A stretch of 45,587 nt of DNA from the IMG/VR virus record IMGVR_UViG_3300000944_000005, positions 110,039-155,625 of that record. One strand, written 5' to 3'. Source of the DNA: a virus. A model generated the notes under the pieces. The model saw nothing but the letters and a program-made list of their open reading frames with translations. It was not told where the DNA came from and searched no databases. Of the stretch, positions 30,660 through 39,220 are shown piece by piece (the stretch's first letter is position 1; every line of letters starts with the position of its first letter). The position numbers were made by a program, and so were the translations under genes.

Positions 30660-31397
30660 TCAGTACGTTGGTATTGTTTCAGAAGCCTTGAAAACTACTT
30701 GCTTTAGTCGTGGTGCGTCTTGAATGACCGTCCACCAGTCCGGTACGGTGTACGCGAAGACGATGGGTACGACATAGTTCTCAGATGACTCTTGCAGTGC
30801 TGACACTTCTCCTATACTTACTGGGACGAATCGCTGTAGCTCAAGTTGCACCATGATCTCTTGTTCGAACATGTGCAAGCTCTTCAACGCTTCAATGGCG
30901 AGTATCTGCGCCTCCGCTCCCTCATTAGCGAGAGCAAAAATAGTGTGGGAACCTTGCCAGTATCCACCGAAATAACGTCGACCACTTATGTCGTCGCCAC
31001 CGGCCTGGTCTCCGATACCCATCCGCTGCCACTGCCATGCTCCTTCTTTAAGGATCAAAGCAGGACGTGCTTCCGTGAGTTCAGGTTCCCACTTATGCAG
31101 AGACTCGATAACGATCCCTGTGTCGGTTCCTTCTCTCCAAACACCATCCCGTTCAAACTTCTTGCGAAGCGTGCCGTTCAGAATGTTCCTCTGGTCTGCA
31201 AAATGTTGAATCAGAATTTGACGAAGAGCGCCTTGCATGACGAGTTGAGTCACGCCATAAGAACACAAGGACGATAGAGTGTTTTTCCGATTTTGAGGTA
31301 CTGACCCATTAGGATACAGATTTTCAAAAACCGGGGGATTTGCGGGTCCCGTGTGACAGGGGTCCGAGCGGCACGGCCTGTTCGAATCGTTTGTCAC
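30660..31397 (-). CDS. Tail terminator / completion protein-like
   Basis: GGAGGT RBS before GTG; RPALILK motif; immediately upstream of the sheath. Confidence 0.6.
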   Translation of the reverse strand: MTNDSNRPCRSDPCHTGPANPPVFENLYPNGSVPQNRKNTLSSLCSYGVTQLVMQGALRQILIQHFADQRNILNGTLRKKFERDGVWREGTDTGIVIESLHKWEPELTEARPALILKEGAWQWQRMGIGDQAGGDDISGRRYFGGYWQGSHTIFALANEGAEAQILAIEALKSLHMFEQEIMVQLELQRFVPVSIGEVSALQESSENYVVPIVFAYTVPDWWTVIQDAPRLKQVVFKASETIPTY

Positions 31398-31536
31398 TTT
31401 GGTTACCTCCCTGCACCATAGGGCCTTCTGCTAAGGCTGCGTCGATCAATCTTTGATCCGGTTTGAAGTCAGCCATTGACAATGTTGGTATCAGACCCGC
31501 TTTCGTTCGCGGATCGTCTGGTTTTTCGTTATCCAT
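31324..31536 (-). CDS. Possible small protein (70 aa)
   Basis: GGAG RBS and fills the gap, but overlaps the next gene by 74 nt. Confidence 0.4.
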   Translation of the reverse strand: MDNEKPDDPRTKAGLIPTLSMADFKPDQRLIDAALAEGPMVQGGNQSDKRFEQAVPLGPLSHGTRKSPGF

Positions 31537-31590
31537 GGCATTTCTCCGATTGCCCTAAGATACGCCTCAGAGCGATTTGCCGCAAGAGCT

Positions 31591-32889
31591 TTATACAGTA
31601 CCAAAACTATCAGAAAAATCAGTGTCATTTACGGGGATTGAGGATTCGATCGGGTCAGGGTCGGCTGCAATGCTGCTAGATGTGTTGCAGTAAGGGTTTG
31701 GTGGTGGTCCTAGATCCGGTGGGTGAACAGTTAAACACGCGTGATCTGGACCATATTCCCCACATTTTTCGAATACCAGTATGTATTCACCGGGATTTAA
31801 CTTCATCGTATGCGTCCACGTACCCCCAGTTGTGGTGTGGCTTGTCGCGACCGCGTGCTGTGGTAAACGCATATTATTGGTCCAATCCTCCTTACTGAAG
31901 GCGTGAATAGTAGCACCATCAATAAAACAGCAATCTTCGGTTTGGTAAATAAATACTCCTGGACAGTCGTAATCATGGTCAACCATCACACAACCATTAC
32001 CAGATGTAGGCAGCGATTTATTTCCCAGTACACCACCCTGTCCTGGTGTACTTATCTCGTCACCAGGTTGGTAGGACAGGAAATCTACCGGGATTTTGTA
32101 AATAATATCGCTGCTCGGGACACGACGTAACTTCAACGAATACACTAGTGGTACACCACGTAACGCGGCCGTCGCTTGCCACTGGTGAATCTTGAACCGT
32201 TCGTCAGTATCTGCGTCGACCCACACGTCTTCCTTGAAGAACTCAGGGAATGCGATCGTACGCCCGATGAACTCGTCATGTCGCGAGCTGTAGTTACGTA
32301 CGTTATCACCACCACGGAGGAACGTCCATGATTCCTCACTGAAGTCGATCTCTAACGGGACGGGTGGATGGTAACCAACTTGAAACGCTGTACCCCAAGA
32401 TTCTGGGTGCTGACTATCGGTAATCTCGTCAGTTAGGAAGTCAGTGTTCTTTCGATTCTGTTGACCGAAGTGAAACTTACGTAACAAGAACCCGTCCTGA
32501 CTCACCAATCCCATACGCAAACGTTCCTTTCGTATGATCTCACGCGCAGTCAACCAATCTTTCGTATCAAGGTTACCGTGGATACCTTGAGGGTTGGATA
32601 CGAACTTACCTTGATCAGTTGCGAGAACGACACGGTAATGTGTAAGCTGATGTTTACCAGCGTGCTCACGTATCGTGTCATCTTCAAGACACATAGCGTT
32701 CGTTACGGGGTCACCGACATCCTGCCAGTCGAGCGCGTTGTTGTTTCCAGTGTAACCAGCTTGGAGTTGATACGTATAAGGTCCCGGATCTGTGAACGTA
32801 GGATCAATCCCCCACCAGACTCGTGTTGTCCCATGGAACAGATGGTCGACCTGTAGTCGTCGGAATGGCCAGTTTTCACTTTGTGGCAT
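31591..32889 (-). CDS. Neck / head-closure protein-like with extra N- and C-terminal domains
   Basis: WGTAFQVGYHPP motif recalls myophage neck proteins; synteny between adaptor and terminator; ATG 32889 after AAGGA. Confidence 0.5.
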   Translation of the reverse strand: MPQSENWPFRRLQVDHLFHGTTRVWWGIDPTFTDPGPYTYQLQAGYTGNNNALDWQDVGDPVTNAMCLEDDTIREHAGKHQLTHYRVVLATDQGKFVSNPQGIHGNLDTKDWLTAREIIRKERLRMGLVSQDGFLLRKFHFGQQNRKNTDFLTDEITDSQHPESWGTAFQVGYHPPVPLEIDFSEESWTFLRGGDNVRNYSSRHDEFIGRTIAFPEFFKEDVWVDADTDERFKIHQWQATAALRGVPLVYSLKLRRVPSSDIIYKIPVDFLSYQPGDEISTPGQGGVLGNKSLPTSGNGCVMVDHDYDCPGVFIYQTEDCCFIDGATIHAFSKEDWTNNMRLPQHAVATSHTTTGGTWTHTMKLNPGEYILVFEKCGEYGPDHACLTVHPPDLGPPPNPYCNTSSSIAADPDPIESSIPVNDTDFSDSFGTV

Positions 32890-33028
32890 CGTCAGGGTCT
32901 TCCTTGTCAGCGGCCGGGTGACCTGGTCCAAACACGATCTTTGTTTCTTCTACGGTCTGCTTGAGATCCTCCGCGACCCGTGAGACTTTAGCACGTATTG
33001 TTTCGAAGTTTACTCTGATAGTCTGCAT
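32876..33028 (-). CDS. Small 50-aa protein (below the ORF-track cutoff)
   Basis: TAATG-coupled start; MQTIRVNFETIRAKVSRVAEDLKQTVEETKIVFGPGHPAADKEDPDDATK; stop overlaps the next gene start. Confidence 0.55.
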   Translation of the reverse strand: MQTIRVNFETIRAKVSRVAEDLKQTVEETKIVFGPGHPAADKEDPDDATK

Positions 33029-34251
33029 TAGTAATTATACCAGGTACGATAAGGTTGTGATCCACGGAACCCGTTTCCGTTAGAAGAAGCACTGTAACTG
33101 TATGTCGAACCTAGTCCACCCCACGCACACTCCAAGTTGATCTCTGCCTTCTTACGTCGTACGAACTCTTTGTACTCTTGGATACGTCGGTGTGCTGCTT
33201 GTTCAAAATTCGGTTCTTTATCTTGGTCATTAACCTGAACACCACTGGCAGAGTATGACAGATTATTTCGGCGATGTTGTTCGGCGGCTGCTAAGAACAG
33301 GTAACCGGCCGTCGCCATCAACCAGTGATAACGATAAGGGAAACTGGCTGTGGTATGCGTACCAATCGGTGGCGGGATTTCATTCCAATACTGTACAGGT
33401 AACGCCATCGCGTGAATGATCTCTTCATCCGAATAAGCAAGATTGTCAAGCAAAAAACTTTCCGCAGAACCAGAATCCCGGAGATGCATTCGTACTTCAG
33501 CAATCGACGGTGGTCCCAAGGCTGTCGCGCAACACATACGTCGTGACCAGATATTTTGTCCAATCGTCACGTACGTGTGATTGGAGAAACAAACTTCCTC
33601 GCAGCACAGTTCTGGATTGTTAGGGTCTGGGACTATTTGGACTAGACCAAATGCTCCGTAGTAGATTCCTGGGCACTGTGTATCTTCCTCGGTTAAACAG
33701 ACACGGACATGTCCGGTCTCTGCGTCGATCACTTCGACAGGGAACTCAACTCCCCCGCATGTCAGATACTCACCTAAATGGAATACGACTTTGAAACCCT
33801 CGCACCCATCGTCCAACACTTCCGAGCTCATAGACGGGCTTGGTTCGATGGACTCACTACTTGAAGAACTGGCGGGTTGTTGTGTACTTGATGACGGTGG
33901 TACGTTGGAAGAACTCGATGCTTCATCAAAGCAGTGAATTGGTGCCGTTGGTATGGTCTCTTCAATTTCGATACCGAGACACTCACGGAGATCCACAGGA
34001 CGACCGTTGACATCACGCATGATGTGATCAATGCACGATCGTTGAGCTCCTGGGACATTGTACGCGTGCGTACGAGTTAAGACTGGTCTTCCGGTCGTCC
34101 CATCTGTAGGACTGCGGGCCATGATGATGTGTTGATTGAAACATGACGGCGGTAACGGTGTAGACGCCGGTTGTGGGGCTGCTTTTTGTCCAGGTAGTTG
34201 GGGAGCTGCACACTGCCCTGGGTTACCGTTAGGTGTTGCGAAGACTGGCAT
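33028..34251 (-). CDS. Head-tail adaptor-like protein fused to an N-terminal BppU/Ig-like domain
   Basis: GGAGG RBS; GRPVDL...DAETGHVRVCLTEEDT..PGIY (BppU-like); C-terminal EVRMHLRD...YSDEEI...YWNEIPP helical adaptor pattern. Confidence 0.6.
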   Translation of the reverse strand: MPVFATPNGNPGQCAAPQLPGQKAAPQPASTPLPPSCFNQHIIMARSPTDGTTGRPVLTRTHAYNVPGAQRSCIDHIMRDVNGRPVDLRECLGIEIEETIPTAPIHCFDEASSSSNVPPSSSTQQPASSSSSESIEPSPSMSSEVLDDGCEGFKVVFHLGEYLTCGGVEFPVEVIDAETGHVRVCLTEEDTQCPGIYYGAFGLVQIVPDPNNPELCCEEVCFSNHTYVTIGQNIWSRRMCCATALGPPSIAEVRMHLRDSGSAESFLLDNLAYSDEEIIHAMALPVQYWNEIPPPIGTHTTASFPYRYHWLMATAGYLFLAAAEQHRRNNLSYSASGVQVNDQDKEPNFEQAAHRRIQEYKEFVRRKKAEINLECAWGGLGSTYSYSASSNGNGFRGSQPYRTWYNY

Positions 34252-34291
34252 TGGTTTCCTCCGTGATACCACTGCATGTTACTATATATCT

Positions 34292-34329
34292 AAAAAAACA
34301 GCGACATGAATTTACTCACGTCGCTGTTT
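34292..34329 (-). terminator. Rho-independent terminator ending the head block
   Basis: AAACAGCGACGTGAG-TAAA-TTCATGTCGCTG followed by T7. Confidence 0.85.
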
Positions 34330-34355
34330 ATCGTTTACTCGTAATTTCTTACTAT

Positions 34356-34736
34356 TTACGAATCAGCTGGCGCAACTGGTATAGCTGGTCCAGTTGGTCC
34401 AGCGTCTTCAAAATCAGGAGCAGCAACTCCTAAAACACCACCGACGATGTTGATTGAAGCAGGTGCCTCAGCATCAGCGTCGAATAGGATTGGAGCAGGG
34501 CGACTGTTGATTTGCAACAGTCCTGCTTCGAGTGCTCGTTCCATCGCGTCGAATTGACGACGACGACCACCTTGGTGTGCCTTCGCACCGAGTGTCGTAA
34601 CGAGATCACCAGGGATCGCCACTACTTCACCAGGTCCGAGTCGCATACCACGTGGTCCAAGGAAACCGAACACCCGCTCACCGTTGGCCGTATTCTCGAC
34701 CAAGGTGTACGCTTCTTCTGCGGATGGGTTTGCCAT
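34356..34736 (-). CDS. Hypothetical head-associated protein
   Basis: GAGG RBS; 126 aa; downstream of the capsid gene. Confidence 0.7.
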   Translation of the reverse strand: MANPSAEEAYTLVENTANGERVFGFLGPRGMRLGPGEVVAIPGDLVTTLGAKAHQGGRRRQFDAMERALEAGLLQINSRPAPILFDADAEAPASINIVGGVLGVAAPDFEDAGPTGPAIPVAPADS

Positions 34737-34812
34737 GATTATTTCCTCATGTTCTATGTTCGGGCTACAAAACGACTAAGTCAGCTCTTCAAAGATGCAC
34801 TACAAAACGGTG

Positions 34813-35229
34813 TTACGCGGTTTGTTGTTGGGCACCAAGGATTTGCATACTCAGAATGGCATGAGCCAACGCAGGGTCGGTCGCGCCGCGATCAGCAGCT
34901 TGTTTGATTTGGTGTTGAACTGCCTGCTCTTGGGGATTGTACCCCAAACCATTCAGCTGCGAGTTCAAGTGTGCTTGAGCTTGTCCTAGTAAGGACGTAC
35001 CTTGGGCAGCAGCTTGTTTCTCGTTCGCATCATGGGCTTGTCGCAACTGGGAAGCCATCGTCAACATTTCGAGGGCTTCATCTTGGTTGCTAGGTGCGAT
35101 ACCATAAGTACCGGCAAGCTTCTCAAAAAAGGCCGGAGCGTAGACGTTTTGATAAACGACGCCGTAAGCTGCATCCGGGTCCATAAGTTGTGGAGCTTGA
35201 CCACCTTGTGGCGTTGCGTTTGTTGTCAC
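34813..35229 (-). CDS. Hypothetical head protein with K-x-A motifs
   Basis: GGAG RBS before GTG 35229; EKLA, EKQA, IKQA. Confidence 0.65.
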   Translation of the reverse strand: MTTNATPQGGQAPQLMDPDAAYGVVYQNVYAPAFFEKLAGTYGIAPSNQDEALEMLTMASQLRQAHDANEKQAAAQGTSLLGQAQAHLNSQLNGLGYNPQEQAVQHQIKQAADRGATDPALAHAILSMQILGAQQQTA

Positions 35230-35282
35230 GGGAATCTCCGTTTTAGTTTTGGTAAGTTTGCTGTTTGAATAAAGAATGAACG

Positions 35283-35319
35283 AAACAAATCGCACCCGAC
35301 TTTAGTAATCGGGTGCGAT
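35283..35319 (-). terminator. Terminator-like hairpin after the major capsid gene
   Basis: ATCGCACCCGA-9nt-TCGGGTGCGAT followed by TTGTTT. Confidence 0.75.
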
Positions 35320-35331
35320 CGACTGTTTCAG

Positions 35332-36261
35332 TTATGCGAAGTCAGCTCGTGCGATACCGCCGGCGTGACCAATCGAACCACCACAAGTTTGGTAAGCGAA
35401 GAATTCGATCATGTAGGCTTCACGACGAATATACATCGTTGTGTCCTCCAACATGTAACTCTTACCAATGAACTTAGGGTCCGCGAACATAAAGATACTG
35501 TCATCTGGGACAAGATCGCGTTTGATCGTTATGATCCAACGCATGTTCATGAAGTTGGATTCAGCCCAACCGTTCTTGATGACGTCTTGTGAGAAGTCAC
35601 CACCCATTTCATCACGACCAAACTTTTCAACTTCTTTGATCGTGACGTTGTTGATCAGGACAGTGTGGGCTTCAAGGTGTGAAGGACCACGAGGCATGAT
35701 CTTACGAGCGTCTTGTAACGTCTCGCGAGTGATACCACCAGAGATCGTTTCCCACTGAACAACGTTACCGTTGTAAGGGACAGGAACATCTGGACCAATC
35801 ATCACAGCGTTACACGCAGCGATGAATTTGCTATCTTCTTCGGCCAACATATCCTTGATACTGTTGTCCGAAAGAACTTGGCGGATGTCCATGACCCAGG
35901 TTCGCATCTCATCAACATCTTTGACGAAGCGCGGGGTCACGATACGATCGAACATGACGCGATAACGCGGACCACGAATGTAAACATTCGTAGGTAACGT
36001 CGCGAAAGGAATTGATACCGCCGCAGGCGAATCTGGTTCCTTGTCAACAACCTTGACAGGTTTGTCAGTATCGACCTGGCGATCCAGTTCGTCGTTACTG
36101 ATCTGAAGGGGTGGAAGAATCCGTCGATAGAACCCGTCTTCCCGCATTTTGGTACGGGTAAAATCGTTGACGGCGTCAATCGCTTGCTTTTCCATCCCCG
36201 GAGTCTGTAGTTGCTCAAACAATGTCTCGTTGAGCATTTGTACTTCGGCTTGCGTAGCCAT
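35332..36261 (-). CDS. Major capsid protein (HK97-fold inferred)
   Basis: 309 aa; strong GGAGG RBS; biased codon use; REDGFYRRILP, long helix DMLAEEDSKFI, FADPKFIGK; preceded by a decoration-like gene and followed by a terminator. Confidence 0.8.
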   Translation of the reverse strand: MATQAEVQMLNETLFEQLQTPGMEKQAIDAVNDFTRTKMREDGFYRRILPPLQISNDELDRQVDTDKPVKVVDKEPDSPAAVSIPFATLPTNVYIRGPRYRVMFDRIVTPRFVKDVDEMRTWVMDIRQVLSDNSIKDMLAEEDSKFIAACNAVMIGPDVPVPYNGNVVQWETISGGITRETLQDARKIMPRGPSHLEAHTVLINNVTIKEVEKFGRDEMGGDFSQDVIKNGWAESNFMNMRWIITIKRDLVPDDSIFMFADPKFIGKSYMLEDTTMYIRREAYMIEFFAYQTCGGSIGHAGGIARADFA

Positions 36262-36379
36262 TTATTTCCTCCGTGAACATTGCTGGTCGAGACCAGAGCA
36301 TTCGTTGGGTTATTGTGAAAACTGAACTGCTCTGCGGAAACCATCACCCCTGAAGCGTGACGGACTCAAACGACCATCA

Positions 36380-36982
36380 TTATGGCGCTGGTGGTGCTGC
36401 GGCTGCCGGTGCTGGCAAGTAAACTGGCCAGAACGCAAGAACTGGGACGTTGTGTTCGTTTTTGAATTGTCCACGAGAGACAACACCACAACATGCTTCT
36501 TGGTAAGGCCGTACGGCACCACCACTACCACCTGCACCGTCACGATCGTTAGAAAGGACACCACCTTTTGTTTGATCAGCATTGTCAGCCAAAGCTGTCA
36601 AAAGTTGGTTCGGTGCATACGCAGCTGCGGGTCCGGTATCGAATTCAGTTGATTCGAGTTCGTAACCTCCGGTTGCGACAAGACCAGACATGTTACCCGC
36701 GGGTGCGATGGCCTGGTGCATGAATTGACCACCTGGGGTAACCCCAGGATTGCTCACGTCAAAATCGACGTCAGCTTGTAGTAAAAAGATTGGCATCGCT
36801 TGACCAGAAATACCCATCTCGAATTCACCAGCAGGGTTGACGTGCACAACACGACCCCCGTAGGCGATGATGGAAACTTCCGGAGAAAGCTTAGCAACGA
36901 AATCCAGGGCACTTGGCTCGAACCAACCCTTAGGGTGGCTGAGGGCGTGCTCAAACATCAGAGAAGGTGCTTGGCCTGGCAT
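36380..36982 (-). CDS. Head decoration / cement-like protein
   Basis: 200 aa, Gly/Ala/Pro beta-rich, GGYELESTEFD; GGAGG RBS; directly before the capsid gene. Confidence 0.6.
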   Translation of the reverse strand: MPGQAPSLMFEHALSHPKGWFEPSALDFVAKLSPEVSIIAYGGRVVHVNPAGEFEMGISGQAMPIFLLQADVDFDVSNPGVTPGGQFMHQAIAPAGNMSGLVATGGYELESTEFDTGPAAAYAPNQLLTALADNADQTKGGVLSNDRDGAGGSGGAVRPYQEACCGVVSRGQFKNEHNVPVLAFWPVYLPAPAAAAPPAP

Positions 36983-37078
36983 ATTGAACCTCCGTATTCG
37001 GTGATCCGCCTCGTCAGCTGAGGCGGTCGGTTTGTTAATTAAATGAGACTACTCTGCATGCTCTGCGAAACGTAACCG

Positions 37079-37570
37079 TTAAGTATTTCGCGGAGCGTTC
37101 AGGCCTAAGCCTTGGAACAACGCTACCGACGATTGTTTGATGCGTGTGGTGCGTGCTCCAACGTTTGGATCATTCACACTTGTAGCTGGGTCATAAGTTG
37201 ACCCGTTAGCTGATGCAGTTTTGGTTTGACCATTTGCATCAACACCTGAGCCAAGTCGACCCAGTTCGTCTTTGTTACGGTGACCCGCAACTTTGATCAT
37301 AAGCTCAAGTGCTTGAGCAGGGTCACGTAAACGTTCGGCAAGCTTCTCTTGCTGATCGTGATTGATCCGTCCGTACTCGACCATCGTGGCAACAACTTGC
37401 GGGATCAGACTTTCAATCTGAGCTTGCTTTTCGTGTTGTGCTACTTCTGCGGCCGCGGCTTTTTCAAGAGCAGTATCGGAAATGCGAATTCCCTCAAGCA
37501 CTTTTTCAGCCAGTGTTAACCCTTGTGGTACCTGGAGACCGGCACCACCTTGGGTTTGGTTAGTCGTCAT
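37079..37570 (-). CDS. Scaffold-like head protein
   Basis: Helical; four K-x-A motifs; GGAGG RBS. Confidence 0.55.
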   Translation of the reverse strand: MTTNQTQGGAGLQVPQGLTLAEKVLEGIRISDTALEKAAAAEVAQHEKQAQIESLIPQVVATMVEYGRINHDQQEKLAERLRDPAQALELMIKVAGHRNKDELGRLGSGVDANGQTKTASANGSTYDPATSVNDPNVGARTTRIKQSSVALFQGLGLNAPRNT

Positions 37571-37637
37571 ATTTCCCTCCGGGATATGTCCGCGTTACTG
37601 CGGTTAAATTTCAAAAAACGTTAAGGTGGAATCAGTA

Positions 37638-39176
37638 CTACTGCATCAATTCCAAGATATGACTCTTCATCTGCTCACGGAGAGCACGTTGAGGTGAGCC
37701 ATTTGCTGCTGCTTTCAACCGGTACTTACCGGAACGCTTGAAAGCTTTAGCTGCAGAAGCAAGCTTCATACCTTCAGTCATTCCACCCATTGGATCAGCT
37801 GGTCCGCCCATGTCGGCACCTGGAGGCATTCCGCCGTCAGGTCCGCCGGCCATCGGGTCACCACCCATCGGAGGAGCGCCCATTCCACCAGCTTCTGGAC
37901 CCATACCACCACCACCACCGCCACCGGCGCCGGCAAGTTCTTCAATTGGGATACCAAGCTCGTCCAACGCAGCGACCAGCTCCATCAGAGCTTCTTCTTC
38001 GCCACCACCACCAGCTGTTGGGTCAGCACCCATCAAACCGCCGGGGTCAGATCCGCCACCGAGGACGTCACCAAGACTACCGCCACCACCACCACCAAGT
38101 GGGTCACCGCCTTCGCCACCACCACCAAGAGTCTCACCACCGACACCTTCAGCGTCACTGGCTCCTGACGTGTCATCACCGCCAGCACTGTGGTCTTCAC
38201 CGTCTTCAGGTGCGACATCCATCGCCTGTTTGGTGAATTCGGAATAGAAGGAACCGAAGAGAGTCGCGTCGACGTGGGCGTCATTAATCGTATCGCCGAT
38301 AACATCAGAGACGGCTGCGTGAGCTTGTTTCTCTTCAACACCAAGAGCAGTCGCTAGTTCGTAACCAGCTTGTACGTCTGCGTTCTGAACGTTGCTGTTA
38401 TCCAAAGCGTTGGCAGCTTTTTCGATCATGTCCGACAAACCTTCTTTAGGTTTTTTCGAATCACCATCACAGTCTTCGTCGTCGTTGTCCTTGTCGCAAT
38501 CTTCAGCAGCTTTTTCTGAAGACGTACCAGCCGAACCACCTTGAGTCACTGGAGGATTGGGTGACGTACCTGTACCAGCAGCTGCTGGATTCAGGTTAGC
38601 TGCGTTACCCGCTACAGCAGCGTTCATCGCTTCTTTAGTCAACTGAGTGCCTTGACCATTAGCCAGGTCAGCCAGGATTCCATTGGCGATGTTGGTGTGA
38701 AGGTCGTGAAGCTGACCAATGGAAGCACTTGCGTACTTGTGTCCGTCAAGTGAACTGTTGTCTGTCGCGGCCGGGTGCGATGTACCAGGATCTTCTTTCC
38801 CACCTTTGTAATCATCTTCCACGGACGGATCTTCGCCGGTGGCTGATTGTTGAGTACCAATGTTCAACTGAACATCGTCCTGTTGACCAGGTTTCGCGTC
38901 CGAGGCTTTGTTCACCCCCGGCTCACCTTGATCCATGTTGACATCTGCAACGTTCTCAGAACTACGTGCACCTTCTTTTTTAGGCGCGCCGTGGTTATCG
39001 ACGTGAGCAGATGGGTGATCCGAAGAACCTTGATAACCACCGGGATCCGATGGTGTAGGTTCCATGGCTTGTTTATTAAGCCCACCGTTAGCGGCGGCTT
39101 GTTTTTCTGTTTGAATCTCATCAGTGAGACTATGAAGGGCAGAAAACAAACTGCCTTTTTGGGTTGCGGTACTCAT
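37638..39176 (-). CDS. Acidic, Gly-rich scaffold/core-like head protein
   Basis: Low complexity; about ten K-x-A motifs; between protease and capsid genes. Confidence 0.55.
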   Translation of the reverse strand: MSTATQKGSLFSALHSLTDEIQTEKQAAANGGLNKQAMEPTPSDPGGYQGSSDHPSAHVDNHGAPKKEGARSSENVADVNMDQGEPGVNKASDAKPGQQDDVQLNIGTQQSATGEDPSVEDDYKGGKEDPGTSHPAATDNSSLDGHKYASASIGQLHDLHTNIANGILADLANGQGTQLTKEAMNAAVAGNAANLNPAAAGTGTSPNPPVTQGGSAGTSSEKAAEDCDKDNDDEDCDGDSKKPKEGLSDMIEKAANALDNSNVQNADVQAGYELATALGVEEKQAHAAVSDVIGDTINDAHVDATLFGSFYSEFTKQAMDVAPEDGEDHSAGGDDTSGASDAEGVGGETLGGGGEGGDPLGGGGGGSLGDVLGGGSDPGGLMGADPTAGGGGEEEALMELVAALDELGIPIEELAGAGGGGGGGMGPEAGGMGAPPMGGDPMAGGPDGGMPPGADMGGPADPMGGMTEGMKLASAAKAFKRSGKYRLKAAANGSPQRALREQMKSHILELMQ

Positions 39177-39220
39177 TTATTTGTCAACTCCTTTGACGTG
39201 TCGGCTCACCTGGTGGAACC

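Noticed and set aside
35937-36347. 136-aa alternative-frame ORF over the capsid start
   Set aside because: Off-frame shadow of the strongly supported capsid gene.
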